Source: Paragordius varius
Lineage: Eukaryota; Animalia; Nematomorpha
Direction of reading: 5' to 3'
Length of the DNA: 64,000 nucleotides
Assembly: GCA_964247055.1 (NCBI GenBank)
Contig: OZ176056.1
Location: 5,642,001 to 5,706,000, forward strand
Position numbers and translations under genes: made by a program. The notes beneath the pieces were generated by a model. That model saw only the letters and a program-made list of their open reading frames with translations. It was not told where the DNA came from and did no database searches. Positions 1 through 20,815 of the stretch are shown piece by piece (position 1 is the stretch's first letter; the number at the start of each line of letters is the position of its first letter).

Positions 1-589
1 AAGTCTTGTAACCCGAGCCTAAAATCGGTTACAAAACGGTTTTCAAAATTTTTTCTCCGATTTTCACATTTTTTTCGTTTTTAGAACTGGTTCTCAATAG
101 AATAAAACCGATTCTTAAAATGGTCCCGATCGTATATCCAAATATCTGTTATTCTGAAAACATTCACATCTAAGCACACCTATTATATTAAATTAGATAT
201 GTAAGGGTTAATTCATTTATTTTTTGCCATTTAATCATCTCACAAATTCCTTTAGTCATAATTAAAAATACCCTTTTTAAAATTTTAAACTTAATAGTTA
301 GAGGTTTCTTTTCTTAAAAATAATAAAGTTAGTTGTGAACCACTAATAGATATCTCGTTGATAATCCTGCAAGTTTGGAAAAAACGTTTTAAGTGTAACT
401 TTTAATGTTTAAAATTAGCGTTATGTGATCTTTTAATTTATAATTCCCATTTATAGCAATGGTATTCTTGTACTTCAAAATACTTTACATAAAGTGGTTT
501 TTTATCCTCAATTGCAAAAATAATGTTTTAAAGGATCCAACAAAAAAAAGGCATACAGATGCATTTTAAATCATTATAGGAGCGTGTAA

Positions 590-732
590 ATTGAACCGGT
601 TAAAACGTTTCTTGAAAATTTTAACTCCTTCCAGCTCCTATTCATTATATTTTTTGGTTTCAAAACCGTTTTTTAAATTGGATATTCCAAAACGTTTTAA
701 ATTGTTAAAACTGTTTTGGTTTCCAAGCCCTG
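590..732. mobile_element. Probable MITE end (hAT-like) just downstream of the GluR stop
   Basis: Repeated AAAACCG/CGGTTTT-type motifs ending in CAAGCCCTG (reverse complement CAGGGCTTG, an hAT-like terminus); similar motifs at 20-125. Partner end not identified. Confidence 0.3.
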
Positions 733-822
733 AATACATAATATTTCGCATAAAATTTGCGTGTGTAAAAACCTTTATTGATAAATTAACAGTAAATGCA
801 AAAGGTAGATCATAACTGATAT

Positions 823-7184
<6,362 letters not shown>

Positions 7185-8268
7185 CTAAAATGATATCATA
7201 AATTTAGCGTTAAATATCTATCTTATAGATTTATCTGGTATCATATTTTGTTATCAGATTAACTAATTAATTTTTCTTTTTCCTAACAAAAATACTTTAT
7301 TGATTTTATTTATTTTTTAATTTGTCAAGGATTTACAGAATTCCGTGACTTATTTAATATATCTACACAATCGGTGTAAATTTTACAGAGAAAAACTATT
7401 TATAATTATTAATACAATCATTATTGCTTTTTAAAAATATATTTAACTTTAATTTTTTTTGACTAAACTTTTTGCCATTATCACCAGAAACCAGAACAAG
7501 TAGACTCTCGATCAAGATTTAACCCAAATTTTAGCGGTTTTATTTTTATTAATTAATCAACCAGATCTTAACAATTGTTAGCCGGTCATGCGGTTTTAAT
7601 GACATGGTTATATTAATGCCTGCCACCTGAAATTATTTCAACGGCTTGATTTAGTTTTGAAGAAAATGAAATTAAGTGGGTTTGCTAAATTTAAGCTTTA
7701 CAGGTAAAAAGAAACCGTTTTGGGGGAGCGAAGGTTATTTTTCTAAACGTTTCAAACTTAGAACTGACAAACTTTAAATTTTCAATCCAAGTGTTATCTT
7801 TTTGTAATATAGTTTTATTTTTTAAAAGAATTTTCCAAAAGTATTTATTTTTATTATTCCCAATCAGGGTAAAAATAAAATTCAAAAATAATCAAGTATT
7901 ACTATCAGTACTAATAATATGGTTTGCAAAAAGGATCTATGGTGCCCAATAATTACTTTAATTCCGTTTCCAAATATAAAAAATTACCCAACCAGCTCGG
8001 TTTTGGTTACCTTATTGGTCTAATTAAATGGGTTAAATAATAATCTTTGTTTAACACTTCATGACCTATTAAGGTAGTTATATCATATTTAAATATTTTA
8101 AAACAATAAGCATTGTACCATTAATATATGTTTTTAGCCTTTTAGGCGAATAGAAAACATTTCCTAAATATAAAATTGAGAATAATCATCATTTCCAACA
8201 TTTTTGACGCCATTTTTTCATCGTGTATACAACAGGCGAATAATGTATATTTTGAAACTTTAAATTAA

Positions 8269-8823
8269 CACTTGAATACAACAGACTCATTTTAGTCCTT
8301 CGATTCAAATTGGGGTAGTTGGATACCCCAGGCCTGCTTAAAATCAAATACTTTAAAAAGTATGGAAGGAATCGAAACCATGGCAAAACTTTACACATAT
8401 ATAACATTAATAAACCTAAATATATAAAAAAATTTATTCAAAAAGACTTGATATTACTTATTTTAAGCTGAAACCGAAAGGTAAAAATTTCGTCAACATG
8501 ACATGTGTGAAATTATAAAGTCAAAAAATAATATAAAATAAACCGCTCTTTCTAATTCCATCATGTAATTTAAATTAAAAATTATCTGTAGTTTTACCCT
8601 TAAACTTAAATGAAGACGATATTTTGCAAAAATTTTGTAAAATAAAAATGGCGTCCAAGTAGTTTGACACTTTTTTTCAAAACAAAATTTGATTAAGATA
8701 TTTTGGCATATTTATATAATTAGGATAGAAGCATAAATTTAAATTGGGACCGTTTCCTTCAGTAGTTTTTTATAATTTAAATTTAGTCTGGGGTATTTAG
8801 ATGCCCCAATTTGAATCGAAGTG
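8269..8823. mobile_element. ~555-bp MITE flanked by TTAA (piggyBac-like target site), copy 1
   Basis: TTAA at 8265-8268 and 8824-8827. Inverted ends CACTT...TCGATTCAAATTGGGG..ATACCCCA / TGGGG..ATGCCCCAATTTGAATCGAAGTG. A near-identical second copy is at 27211-27772. Confidence 0.8.
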
Positions 8824-11800
8824 TTAAATACCGGCAAAATTTTGTTTAATTTTAATATCAGCTGTTGGTTTCGATCGTGTTTAAATGTTTGAATTTGGGA
8901 CTCTAAAAGTTAAAAAACTGTGGAAAATTTAATTTTTTTCTTATGCACTAAGAGAGAGTTTGATAATTAATTTTTAACCAAAACAACGCGTAAAAGAGTA
9001 GTTTCTTTACCAAGCTCTGGGAATAAAAATATGTAAGAAATGTTAAAAATATATATCTAACACGAATATTATTTAATTTAAAAAACATGCAGAGCAAAAA
9101 ATAATTGTAAAATATATTATTCGAAAGCTAAGAGCTTTATATGATAGAAAAGAGTTATTTTAATTTTCCTGTAATTAGCCAAAAAAAATCGAATATTAGG
9201 TCAAATAAAATTTAAAACAATAGATGAACACGTGTCAACAAAATTTAATGGTTCAAATATAACATAATGATAAATATAAACGCAAAACATTATCAAAAAT
9301 GATTATACATTTTTACAAGGGATGGCCCTTTGAATTTGATCATAGAAACTTGTTAATATGCGGTAAGAGATTTTAATTTCTTATTAAAATAATCATACAT
9401 ACATATATATATATATATATGGAGATAGTTTATACAATATATCGGATTCAAAAAAATTAAGATATATATAAAGAATTTAGATAATTTGAAAGCGGAGGTT
9501 TACTTTTGATGTCAAAATTCAGTTATTTATTTAATATTTTTATAGCGCAATCCGCCATTTTCGCGTATAAACTAGCCTATTTAAGAAGGGCAAAAAATTT
9601 AGGACTTTTGAAGCTTACATGTAAAATTTGAAATTTAAAAATGTAGCTTTGCTTTTTGTAGGTAGTTTGATATATTATAGTGGTATTTTTTGGAATAAAG
9701 CATTTAGCTTTCACCAAAAAGTTTTTATAAAATGTTCGCAAATTTTGCCATTTTTACAGAGGACTTACCACAAAAGTGTAATAACTTTCATATATCTCGT
9801 AAGGAACCTAACCAAAACCACCACGATAATCCTGATACATTATTTAGTTATTTATTTATATCCCCAGATTTTGGACGCAGTGTTATTCTATATAATTCGT
9901 TGATCTAAAGATGTTAAACACACATCAGTATTTAAATTTAATTTGTTTGTTTTTTGAATTTAAATTAAATTAAAATGTGTTTTTACAAATAATCCACTTT
10001 GGGATGAAGACAAACGAATGTTTTGAACAGAATTATATTATACCAATAATGTGCCTTTTAATACCATAAAATAATACGCAACAAAATTTTCATAACTAAC
10101 TTTTTAAAAAATGCATTTTTCATAATATCTTTTTGGTGTCATAAATCAGCAGCCATATATTAAAAATTATCTTTACAAAACATTTGCCTTTATTTGAAAA
10201 AAACTAGCCCATTTTAGTTAAGACCAAAAATTTGGGATATTCGTAAAAGTAGAAATATATTTCTTAGACGACTTGTTAGGCCCAAAACGAAGAGTTTGAT
10301 CACAATGCTGATGTTTCGATCAGAAAATATATATTTGATATTGCACATATAAAATTCAAAATGTCTAATTTTTCATGTCATTTTTTTAATTTATTTTAGA
10401 AATATAAGAAAAAACTGATTTCAAAACAAAAATGAAGCTAATTTAATATCGATTTTCTTAAATTAAATACGGTACATTAAATTTTAATAAATACTCCATA
10501 TTTAATATTTTCTAACTTATATAAAAATTTTCAAATAATTTTTGATGATCATATTCAACGAGCTAATAAATCTGTAGAGTTCGAACTTAAAAATTTAGAG
10601 TACGAATTCATGAGATCTAATGGTTTTAAATATTTATTTGTATTGAATATTACCCGTTACCGGACGGTTCATACATACTCATATTAACACCCCATATCGA
10701 GTATAGGAATCGCATTTAAAATGGATTTAGTGGTATAAATTATATAAGCTTTTGCAATTAAATTAGAGTAATGCTTAAATTAAACCAAAATTATTTTATA
10801 ATATATAATATAAAATTAAAAACAAAAGTCCGAGTAAAACGGAACGGAAACATCCAAATCTAAATTGCATAAACTATTTTTTTATACAATTAGAAAAATA
10901 AATCTGCCAATTATAGATTAATATATGATCGATATAAAATTAATCATTACAGAAATAGGGTCTTATATGTTTTATTAAATTACCGATTGGAATTTTGAAT
11001 AATCCTTTTAGGGGTGGTCGTTGAGTTGAATTAGCCCTCAAAAAGGCCAAAAGTGGGATAATGATATAATAAATACAGAAAAATAAATTCATAAATAATT
11101 TGGATTATAATTAAAATTTATTTTGTGCATAACATATTTAAAGGAAAAATAAATACTTTATGTGTTTTTGGTAATTATATGTTTGAAGAAAAAAAATAAA
11201 TTTAAAAAAAAAATATAAATTCAACGTTTTATCAACTTTGTGCATTATGTGTGTTAATATTATTGGTCCGTCCATATTAACGTGTCACATCACATTCAAT
11301 AAAAGATATCTTTTGAACGTAATGTGTGCTAATGCAAAAAAGCAAACTGGACATCATAAGCTCCAACTTTTATCTATCAATGCCATCATTCAAATAATAA
11401 AAACAGTTAAGAAATTTGCTAACACATATATATAGAAATACATATATTTATAAAAACTATGCGATTTTTAATGTTTTGTTGTCCATAAAAAATGGTAGTT
11501 TGGGAACAGGTATAAATAACATACAATATAATTTTTATTGGTTTTTTCTATGGAAATATTTTATTACTTTTAATTAAAATAAAAATATGTAAAATATTTA
11601 ATATAAGGAGCTTGGTAATATTGTTAACGTTTTTTTCATTCATGTATGTATATTTTAAATTTACATTTAAATGAAAAATTTTACATCTTGATTCCTTGGC
11701 TAGTTACTTATTCCCTGTAGTATAAATTCAATGTCATATTTTAAATCCAAGATAGAATCTGCAATGGTAATATATTGACCACAATTGTAAAATTGTATAA

Positions 11801-14800
11801 TACAGAATTAAATTTTCATTTTATTAGGATGAAACATATATTCTATAGGGGTGGCTTTTGGACAAAATATATAACTATCCTAAAAAATAGAGCTAATTGC
11901 ACTCAACTAACAAATAATAAAAGTTTTTTTTGTTGTCGTCATTTTAATAGTGTCCGCTTAAGGTTCAAAAAAGTACACAGTTATTAAATATTGGAATAAA
12001 TTAAGGATATTTTTTGATTAAATATTTACACAGTCACCACATCTTCATTAATATTCAGTGTAAAAAATACAAAAAGTTAAGGATTAAGCATTTGCAGTTA
12101 TGTGATATATTTTTTTGATATAGCTTCATTTTTAGGATTTTTTTGTTTTTAAAACGGAAATCCAACGAAAATGCTTTAAAACCAAATTAGCCCCTTAAAC
12201 ACTTCATAATGCCATATAATATATAATCGTTCAATTTATATTCTGTAATTTATAGTGAAGGATAGCTGATAATTTCATGACAATAAATTAACCATTGCAG
12301 GACGCTTTGCGGGCCGCATTCACATATATGGAAATTAACAAATATTTTAAATTTCAAATAAGTCGTAAAAACTACTATTTGTTTTAACAATTTCCGCAAG
12401 TTCATTCCCAAAATTCATAAAACATATTCAGAAAATTTGTTAAAAAAATTTTTCAAGTTATTGTAAAATTTTGTTTTTAAAATTTCTCGCGGGCTACAAA
12501 AATATTTTGGAGGGCCGCACGATATTTTATTCTTTAATATCTTGAGTAGTAACTATAAAGTTGTTTCATTTACAATATCAATCATTACATTTGTACATAT
12601 CATATTATAAGGTTAAGATTTTACTAACAATGTTAAAGATTTATGTATTGTGCATCTTTTAAGGTAATAAGGATCAAAATAAAATAAAGTAATATAGTAA
12701 TAATTTAATTAAGAATAATCTTAGATTACAATTTATATATTGTCTAAGCAAAATTTAAATTCATTTTTATTAAAGACTCCATTAAATAACTAAAGCCCAA
12801 TTAGTAAGATGATATATTGGAGAAATAGTCTACCCTATCATATGATATATAGCTCTTTTACTTTTTAAAAATCTGAGGTACGGTTAAATTAGGTCGGATA
12901 TAAAACTAAAAAGATATAAAATAGGGTCATGGATCTTTCATAGCTAGTGAAGTTGTAAAATTTGAATAAGCGTACAAATTCATTATATGTTGTCCAAAAA
13001 GTTAAATGAATATAGTAAATATTTATCTTAAATATGGCTAAATTATAAAAGTGATATATATATACATAATCAAAATGAAAATCTATCATTAGGGTCGATA
13101 GAACCTAAAAATTATAATGGATAAAAAATCTTAAAATTGGCTAGAATGCCAATTGTATTATTTAATTATTTACTTTTTAAAGATAAAGTCAAATAGTGCT
13201 TATTTAAAGGTCATTTCATATGATATTTTTAAAAGCTAACATGTGTTTTTATATTTTAACACCGAAAATTCTGGAATAGAATCATATGATTTGTTTTCGC
13301 AATACTAACATGCCATTGATGAAAATCATTTTTCTCCAATAATACAATATAGCCCTCCTGTGTTTTAGTTTTATATGATTATATGAAATGCAAAATTTAT
13401 TATATATAATAAACAGAGACGTGTTTGTATTATACAGGTAATTAGCACTAACCGGGAATTTTTTGGAAAGAATTAAATTGGCAACAGTAAAACTGGACTA
13501 GGTGTTGCAAAGCAAGAAAAAAGCTAGTTTAGAATGATTCTTTTAATATATAATTATACACAAGACAAACATTTATGGTTATATAAAATCATCGCTAAAA
13601 TAAACATCATATTCGTAGAGTGAATATACATTATAGTGCCCACAAAAAATATTAAAAATATGTGCAGGATTATCATTTGGTATAAAGGCTTACGAGTGTA
13701 TCTTAAAATCACAAAATTTTTGCACGTTTTGTTAAATAAAGATTTTTTGGTGAAAACTAAATGCTACCTTTCAAAAAAATATCATTAAAGTATATGAAAT
13801 ACTATATTTAAGAATCAAATTTAAAATTGATGTGAGCTCAGAATTATTATTGTGACCAGTCCGAAATGTTAGGAAACAGTAAAAAAACATATTAATTTAT
13901 ATAATATATAATTTGATTATGCTAAACATGAATCACCTCAAAATTGCAATTAAAAGGTAAGGTTTAAAATTTGGGGGATTCTATAAAATGTGTGAAAAAT
14001 TGAATAGGAATATTTAGCAGAATTATATGAAAAATGCAAATTTATGATTGCAAGCGTTTTTTGACCGTTTCCATAATGCCTCCATATGGTATAAAGTAAG
14101 CTTCAACAAAATATTGTTATAAATTCAATCTTTACGCATTTTTTGATACAGAAATTTTTGATGATACAATTTGGCCTTTAAAACTTTATTGCGCAATCTC
14201 GGCCCTTTCGTGTTCTTTAAGAATTTCTTATTAAATCACGCAATTTTGATTTGAAAACGTAATTGTAGGTTTAACATAATTTTGATATGTATATATGACT
14301 TTTTGTTGTCATGACAAAAATATTTGCCATTGATTCTGAGCAACAAAGAATTATTTATTCATGAATAAATATTAAACCACCTACGTTGGGCTAATGGACT
14401 ATACCGAAACTTGGCTGGTATTTTTTAAACCTAAACCAGATTGATTCGATCTTGTAGTTTTATTAATCTTTCTGATAAAAAGTTTAAAACTCAATAAACC
14501 TTATAATTTTAAATTATATGTTTAAGAAACCCCTTTTCAAAACTAATTTTTTCTTTTTAAACATTACAAAAAACTTATTAATTGCAGAAATAAAAACGGT
14601 CCATTCTTCATTACAACAGTTCCATTTGATTTCATTATAAAATATTCTGATCTCAAAGTGGGTAATACACTTTTAAATAACTAAAAAATATAACCCAGAC
14701 CATATTCACTTATATAACTGCTTTGAAATCGGTAATCTTTGGATAGGGTTTGAGTTTTAAATAAACAAATTAGGGGCCGTTAATTTATAATTAAAACAGT

Positions 14801-14849
14801 TACTTATGTCTTTAATATATGGCCTATTATTTTGTTACCTCTTTTTTAA

Positions 14850-17800
14850 TTCGGTAGAAATTATAATGGTAAAAAGTGTATTCTAGAAAAAAACATGGAA
14901 TGATTTTTATTATAGGTAATTTAAAATATCAAATTTATTTTTTCTGTTTTCACTTTACGTACAATGTCCGATTATGTAGATATTAAGTCACGGAATATGA
15001 TAGATAATCCTTTAAACAAATTTAAGGATAACTAAAATCAATAAACTGTTACCTATGGAAAGAATAAGTTAATTAGTTAATCTCATAACTTAATATGATA
15101 CTAGATACAATGATAAAATGTGTCTGTATTCAATTTTAAGCGCGTTGTTTAAGGCCAAAAAGTATGAAAATGTAAATGCTCTTAGTAGGGGTTAACGCGC
15201 AGCTAAAAAAATTTTTACGGCCCACGAAAAATTAAAAAAAAACAAATAAAAAATATCTCTGTGAAAATTATATCAATTACTTTAAATATTATTTTTACTT
15301 AGTAATTAATTCAAAATCATATCTATTTAATTATTAAAATAATTAATTGTTCAGTAAAAAGTTATTTTAATGCCGTTTAAATTATATGTAACACATCACC
15401 CTTAATTGGAATTGGTAAAATACTATGAGTAAATTTCAAAAATTATTAAAATTTTTTAGTCGTAAACTGTAAAATTAGGTATACTTTTTATTGAAGAACG
15501 TAACTTCCTAAATAAATATTATATCATACCAAAATTTGCCAAGGCAATATACAATAAATAAAAAATTTGGGAGAAACATTGTCGTATTACAGTAGAGGAT
15601 TGAAATACAATAAAATGTATTTTATTGTCCATTTATGCTCAATGCGGCCAGTCTATTTTTTGAGCTGAAAATTCGGCCCTTAACGCTATTTGTATTGAGC
15701 ACCCCTGCTATAAAGCATGCCCTAACTCTTCACACAATTCCCATTTATATTAGTTGATAGGATCCAGTTAATCTAATCATATAACGCTATAATATAACCT
15801 TCTCAACTACTATTGTAATTTATTGATACATAATAAATGACATACTAATATTTTTGTGTTTATGTAATGTGTCAAATACTAGAAAATGGCCGATCATCAG
15901 TATTTATTTGGGTTTTTCTAGCAAAATTTAATTTATCCTATAACCGCGGTATATGCTGAATTAAATTTTCGAATATTGGCTTCAGAGCTTACTAAGACGA
16001 CACAATTAATGCAGATGCCATATTAGATTTAGTACAATATTACGATTGGGAGCAAATCCTATATGAGTGTGAGAAAGGTTTATATTTTTATTTTACCATA
16101 TCTTTTTTGATCTTATGCGTTTTGTTTTGGCCCAAATTGGAAATAAGATTTTTTATACAAATTTATGTTTTCATGGAATCATAAACTTACAACACTCGTC
16201 AAAGAAAGAGCGGATGATTACATAAATACGTTTGCAGCTAATAATTGTTTAATAGACCCAAAAATTCAAAATAAAAATGCAAAAATAGAGATGAGGTTGC
16301 TTAGATACATACAGTTATAAGTTGATACAAAAAATGGGCATGAATCGACTTCGTTATCATTTTGATTATACAATGATTAAATTTAATTTTGAAGAGTATA
16401 AAATAAAAATTTTATTGATTTTTTCACAATTCGCTGTGTTTACCATTTTGTGATGATATGCTACCAAATATTAAATTTGTTATATCCAACAAATATTTAA
16501 TTCAATTAGTTTTTTTTCTTTAAGAAAAATGATATTAAATTTTTTGTATAGTATTTATTTAGTGCATCATGATATATCCCAACCAATTAACGAATTATTA
16601 CATTATATTTTCGTATTTAGGATATAAGAATTCAGATTTCACTGACTTCCGTGGAGCCAATGTATTTGGATTTTCTTTCTTTCTTTCGTCAACTGATAAT
16701 TATAAGAAATGCCATAGTAATGCAATAAATAGCTCTCACAATATCACTTAAATTATAAAACATTAAATCACATAACCTCAAAAGTCTGATTTTTTTAATA
16801 TATTAAAATTTTTGATGAGAGTCAATTCTAATAAATGAGATAGTATTAAAAAATGAGTACTTAATTGACATAACAGTTGAAATAGTTCATTTTACATTTC
16901 GCTTGCATTCGCCAATAAAAGAATTTATATATCTGAAGATAAACTTGAATTGCCTCACCCAGTGAAAAGAAAGCTGTGCAAATATCAATATACACTTCTT
17001 ATTCAACGATCCAACAGCACGCAAAGCCTGGTTAAAGCATTTACGACTGCAAGAAATTATACTTTAACAGTAAAAAATTTCTTTTTTTATATAAATGATA
17101 GATATGTCCAAAAATAATTAAATGTATTGATAAAAACGAAAAAAGTAGACCTTTTTCCCATAAATATACGGTGTCATCTACCAAATATAATTAAATTTGA
17201 AAAATCTATTTAATCTCACTTCTTTATGTGTTTTTTAAACTGTTTTTATAATTAAAAATTTGACATGACACCAAAAAAACGGTAAAGTTTTGTTTTTGGC
17301 AAATTTTTCCTGGCTTATAAATACGTCATAGAATCAAGCAAGATGTATTTTAGTACTCTGATGCCATACTACTCTTTGGTAAAGTACTTCGATGGTTCAA
17401 CAAGAAACACCCCTCTGTCAAATATTTTAGCTTCAGTTTTTAAGAGAGGTATCCTTTACAAGAATGAGATCGAGGGCTAAAATGTATGGATTTCAACAAT
17501 TGGGGAAACATTCATGTACACAATTACACAACCATGGTCTTATGTATCTTTGATTTTAATATATATATATATATATCTAGAATCTATAAAAAAATCATTC
17601 GATTTTATGAAACGTTTCTGCGATTAATAGAAACTATGCTGTTCACAATCTTTCATTACTATTATTCCTGTTAATATAAAGTTATATAATATCAAAGGGG
17701 TTATTACAAATTATTAATTAAGTAAAATAAATTGGTATTTATTGGAAGTACGTGATTTGAATAACATTATATAACATTGATTTAGTATCGTTAGGCTTGT

Positions 17801-18115
17801 AATAATATTTTTCATCCATATATTTATAATATTATATATGAAAATCAAAAACCCAGGGGTTGGGCTCAAACATAAATTTTAACAATGATGGAGATTGCTT
17901 CAAATTCCAACTTTTTTTAGAATCCACATAAAATCGATGATCTATATATATATATATATATATGTATATATAATATATAATATTTAATAAAAATGTGAAA
18001 ACTTTATATATTATTAATTAAATATATACATATGGGGACATGAGACCCTGTTCTCCGTTTGCGCTTTAATTCCCCAGGTTTAATCAGTAAAGGGTACATC
18101 CATTATTATATGTAT
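14850..18115 (+). pseudogene. Inverted, decayed partial duplicate of the glutamate receptor gene (5' region and ATD exons only)
   Basis: Colinear homology to the reverse complement of ~7480-4650, introns included. Examples: 15135 TTTTAAGCGCGTTGTTTAAGGCC vs TTTTAGGTGCGTTGTTTGAAGCT; 15858 ATGTGTCAAATACTAGAAAATGG vs CQLLKDG; DAILDLVQYYDWEQIL vs EAIFDLIQYYKWDHIL; MGMNRLRYH; KAFTTARNYTLTVK; VFKRGILYKN; GLGSNINFN; 18035 GACATGAGACCCTGTTCTCCG vs GACCTGGGACCCTGTTCGCCG. Frameshifts, deletions and a MITE insertion are present; no LBD or TM exons were found. Confidence 0.9.
15186..15707. mobile_element. hAT-type MITE inserted into the first duplicated exon of the GluR pseudogene
   Basis: Ends TAGGGGT... 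and ...GAGCACCCCTG. GluR homology stops at 15185 and resumes at 15708 with a degenerate duplication of CTTTAAAG. Confidence 0.65.
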
Positions 18116-19137
18116 TTTTTTCTATCATTTAAAAATTAAATAGAAAATAATTTTTGGTTACCACTGTTATCCTAAATTTTAAAAAATGTTTTAATTAAAA
18201 AATGTAAAATGTTGGCTTCGGAAAACGTTTAAGCTTTTTTAATTAAAATTGGAATTTATGTAACTGCGCCCCCTTGGGGTACATTTTATGATCAGCCTCC
18301 TGGTTATCCAATCATGTGATAGAGCTCCGCAAATCATGTATTCGAGACAATATTCCCGAAAAAGTGTATGCCCATTATAATACAATAATATATTATACTT
18401 TTCTTACGAATGAGCCCAACAATAATTTGGTCCCTATGTTAGGCCGCTTCCTCTCTAAAATGACAGTGTTTACAAAACAATGCTAAAAAAGTTTTGAGCT
18501 AATACCCCAAGTTATGAAACTATGTAAAATCGATTTGGGCATCTCCAGACTAAAGGTCTAGATTTAAGCCTAACGTTTTTTAATTTGCTGCACAGGGCCC
18601 TGCTCTCCGTAAAGTCCGGATTAGAAAATAATGAGGCTTTGAAGCAAATTTGGACAGGATACGACACATTATGAATTGAATGCATGATTTTAAATTTCTA
18701 ATATGCAACAAAAATTATAACCAGGGTGGTCACACTATATTAAATAGGCCAACATAAAAACGTAACTTTATCTTAACCATACATTATATAAATCATTAAT
18801 GGGTTAGCTATTTTTAGTATAAAAGCCGAAATCATGTTTTGGTATAGATAGGGTGCCACTTTTGTAAAATGCGGCTCCATAGAAGATAAGTGCTTTGAAG
18901 CTGATTTTCGGAATAAGTATGAGACTAGAGCAGGGCTTCTTAAACTTTTGTAGTTCCCGACCCCATTTATGATTGCGAGTTTCTTAACGACCCCAACAAA
19001 TATAGAAGAAAAATAATAGTTTCTTTGAAATAGCGCTTAGAAATTTTGTTGATAATATTTATCAGGATTATTTCGGTATTAAGAGATTGACAAAAATAAT
19101 TTTTTTATAAATTTTTTTCATAGTAATATACAAGATA

Positions 19138-20815
19138 CTAGCTGGCCCTGTCACGCTTCGCTGTGACGTAGCCTCACTGATAATTATTCTTAATAATTTG
19201 CAATATATAGAGTTAATGGAGAAAAAAAATAATAAAAAAATTAAATAAAAAGAATGTCTTTTATTCTTTTACGGGTTTTTGCACAGGCTCAAATGTTGTT
19301 TACCCGAATGTGATCCATAATCAATCTCTCCCTTATTAAAGTTAATATTCAACTATCATTGGATTTTTCGTTTTACGAAATCATGGTTTAAAAGTTCTAT
19401 TTTGAAATTGTGTTCACACAGCTAAGATCAAGGGATATAAAAAGTAAATCATTTGTGTTCCCTTTTTAAAGGAAAGAATGATATTATACGAATTCCCCAG
19501 AAATGTGTATAAACTCGTATGGCTTCTTAATTTGAAAATTAGCTCCAAAACTACGCCATTTTAGTATGGTGTCTTAGTTTTAAACCGGTAGACCCCTAAC
19601 CATGGACCTATATGGAAAAAGCGTTGAGTTAAATTTTTTGCCATTATAGGGCAAATATTTATAATTATCTTTGATACCATCCTCTCATGGGTTATTCAAA
19701 AAAATATCTCCACACTAAATAATCGTTGTATGATGGCGTATTTTTAGGTCATAAAGGCTCCAAATTAACGGCTAATAAAAAAAGCTCCACCTTAATTTTC
19801 ACCTAGTTACGGGTAATATTTCAAGCTTTTCAAAATAACCGCAAATAATTGTAACAAAATTTGGGCATCCCATGATGTCAGCTTAAAAACAAAAATTCGA
19901 CTTACAAATGCAATTGTTTTTCCAACTTTCCTCTACGGGTGTCAAGGTTGGACTTTAAAAAGATCCGACACACAGATAAACTCCTTTGAAATGTGGATGC
20001 GGAGAAAACTTTTACAAATAAAATGGACGAATAAAATTACTAACAATGCAATTTTGAGTAAAATCAATCCCGACATGTCATTGCTCGGAATGTCCATCCG
20101 CACCAAACAATCCTACTTTGGCCACATTATAAGATCTAATTCACTGGAAAAGTCATTGATGTTAAAGTTAGCGGTACACGTAAAAGGGGCCGAAGAAGGA
20201 TAAGGTGACAATATTCAACAAGAAACCTACGCAACCTTGGCTGAACTAAACATTAAAACTAAAAATCGCAATTTATGGAGAAGTTTCATTTACAATATTG
20301 CAAAAAATCGACCTCGACTGTAGCAACACACACAATAAGCTCATATGGCTTCATAAATTTTCTGTAAATTAGCTCCAAAACAACGGAATTTTATAGTGGC
20401 GCAGTTATAGCGGCTCTCTGTTTACCCAGCAGCCAATATTAAAAAAAGGCAAGTAAAATTTTTGCCTTTTAACAGGGATTCTTTGAATCCTCAGTATTAA
20501 CGGTCTCATACCCTGGGCAAAAAATTATTTAATTTTATGAAAAAAATGACATTTTACGGGGGGAACGGGTAAGAGAGCTTAATTTAAAAAAGTAAGCCCA
20601 CTATGTTCGGCGCAATTAAAAAGTAAAAAAATTATATTTGAAATCGAATGGTCCAACACGTTTTCCGGAAAATTGTCTCAAAGACACGATTTTTGTGGAC
20701 CTATGATTATATTTTTTTGACATTTGGATTTGAATGGGTCTAGTTTTCCGGAAACAGATAACAAAGCCAGCATTTTCCATTTTTATAAATATATAGTTAT
20801 AATGATCGGTATAGA
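19138..20815 (-). mobile_element. Non-autonomous Helitron nested in the hAT element
   Basis: Minus strand begins TCTATAC... after an A and ends in the hairpin GTCACAGC-GAA-GCGTGAC followed 8 nt later by CTAG and a T: canonical Helitron TC...CTRR termini in an A|T site. No helicase ORF was recognised. Confidence 0.7.
19885..20335 (+). mobile_element. 3' fragment of an RTE-clade LINE nested in the Helitron
   Basis: Reads KIRLTNAIVFPTFLYGCQGWTLK...INSFEMWMRRKLLQIKW...YFGHIIR, the typical RTE ORF C-terminus; ends in a (CA)-rich tail. Confidence 0.8.

Noticed and set aside
7363-7386. 24-nt GT-AG candidate intron in the putative GluR first exon
   Set aside because: Splicing it leads to a stop within four codons, so it is not supported.
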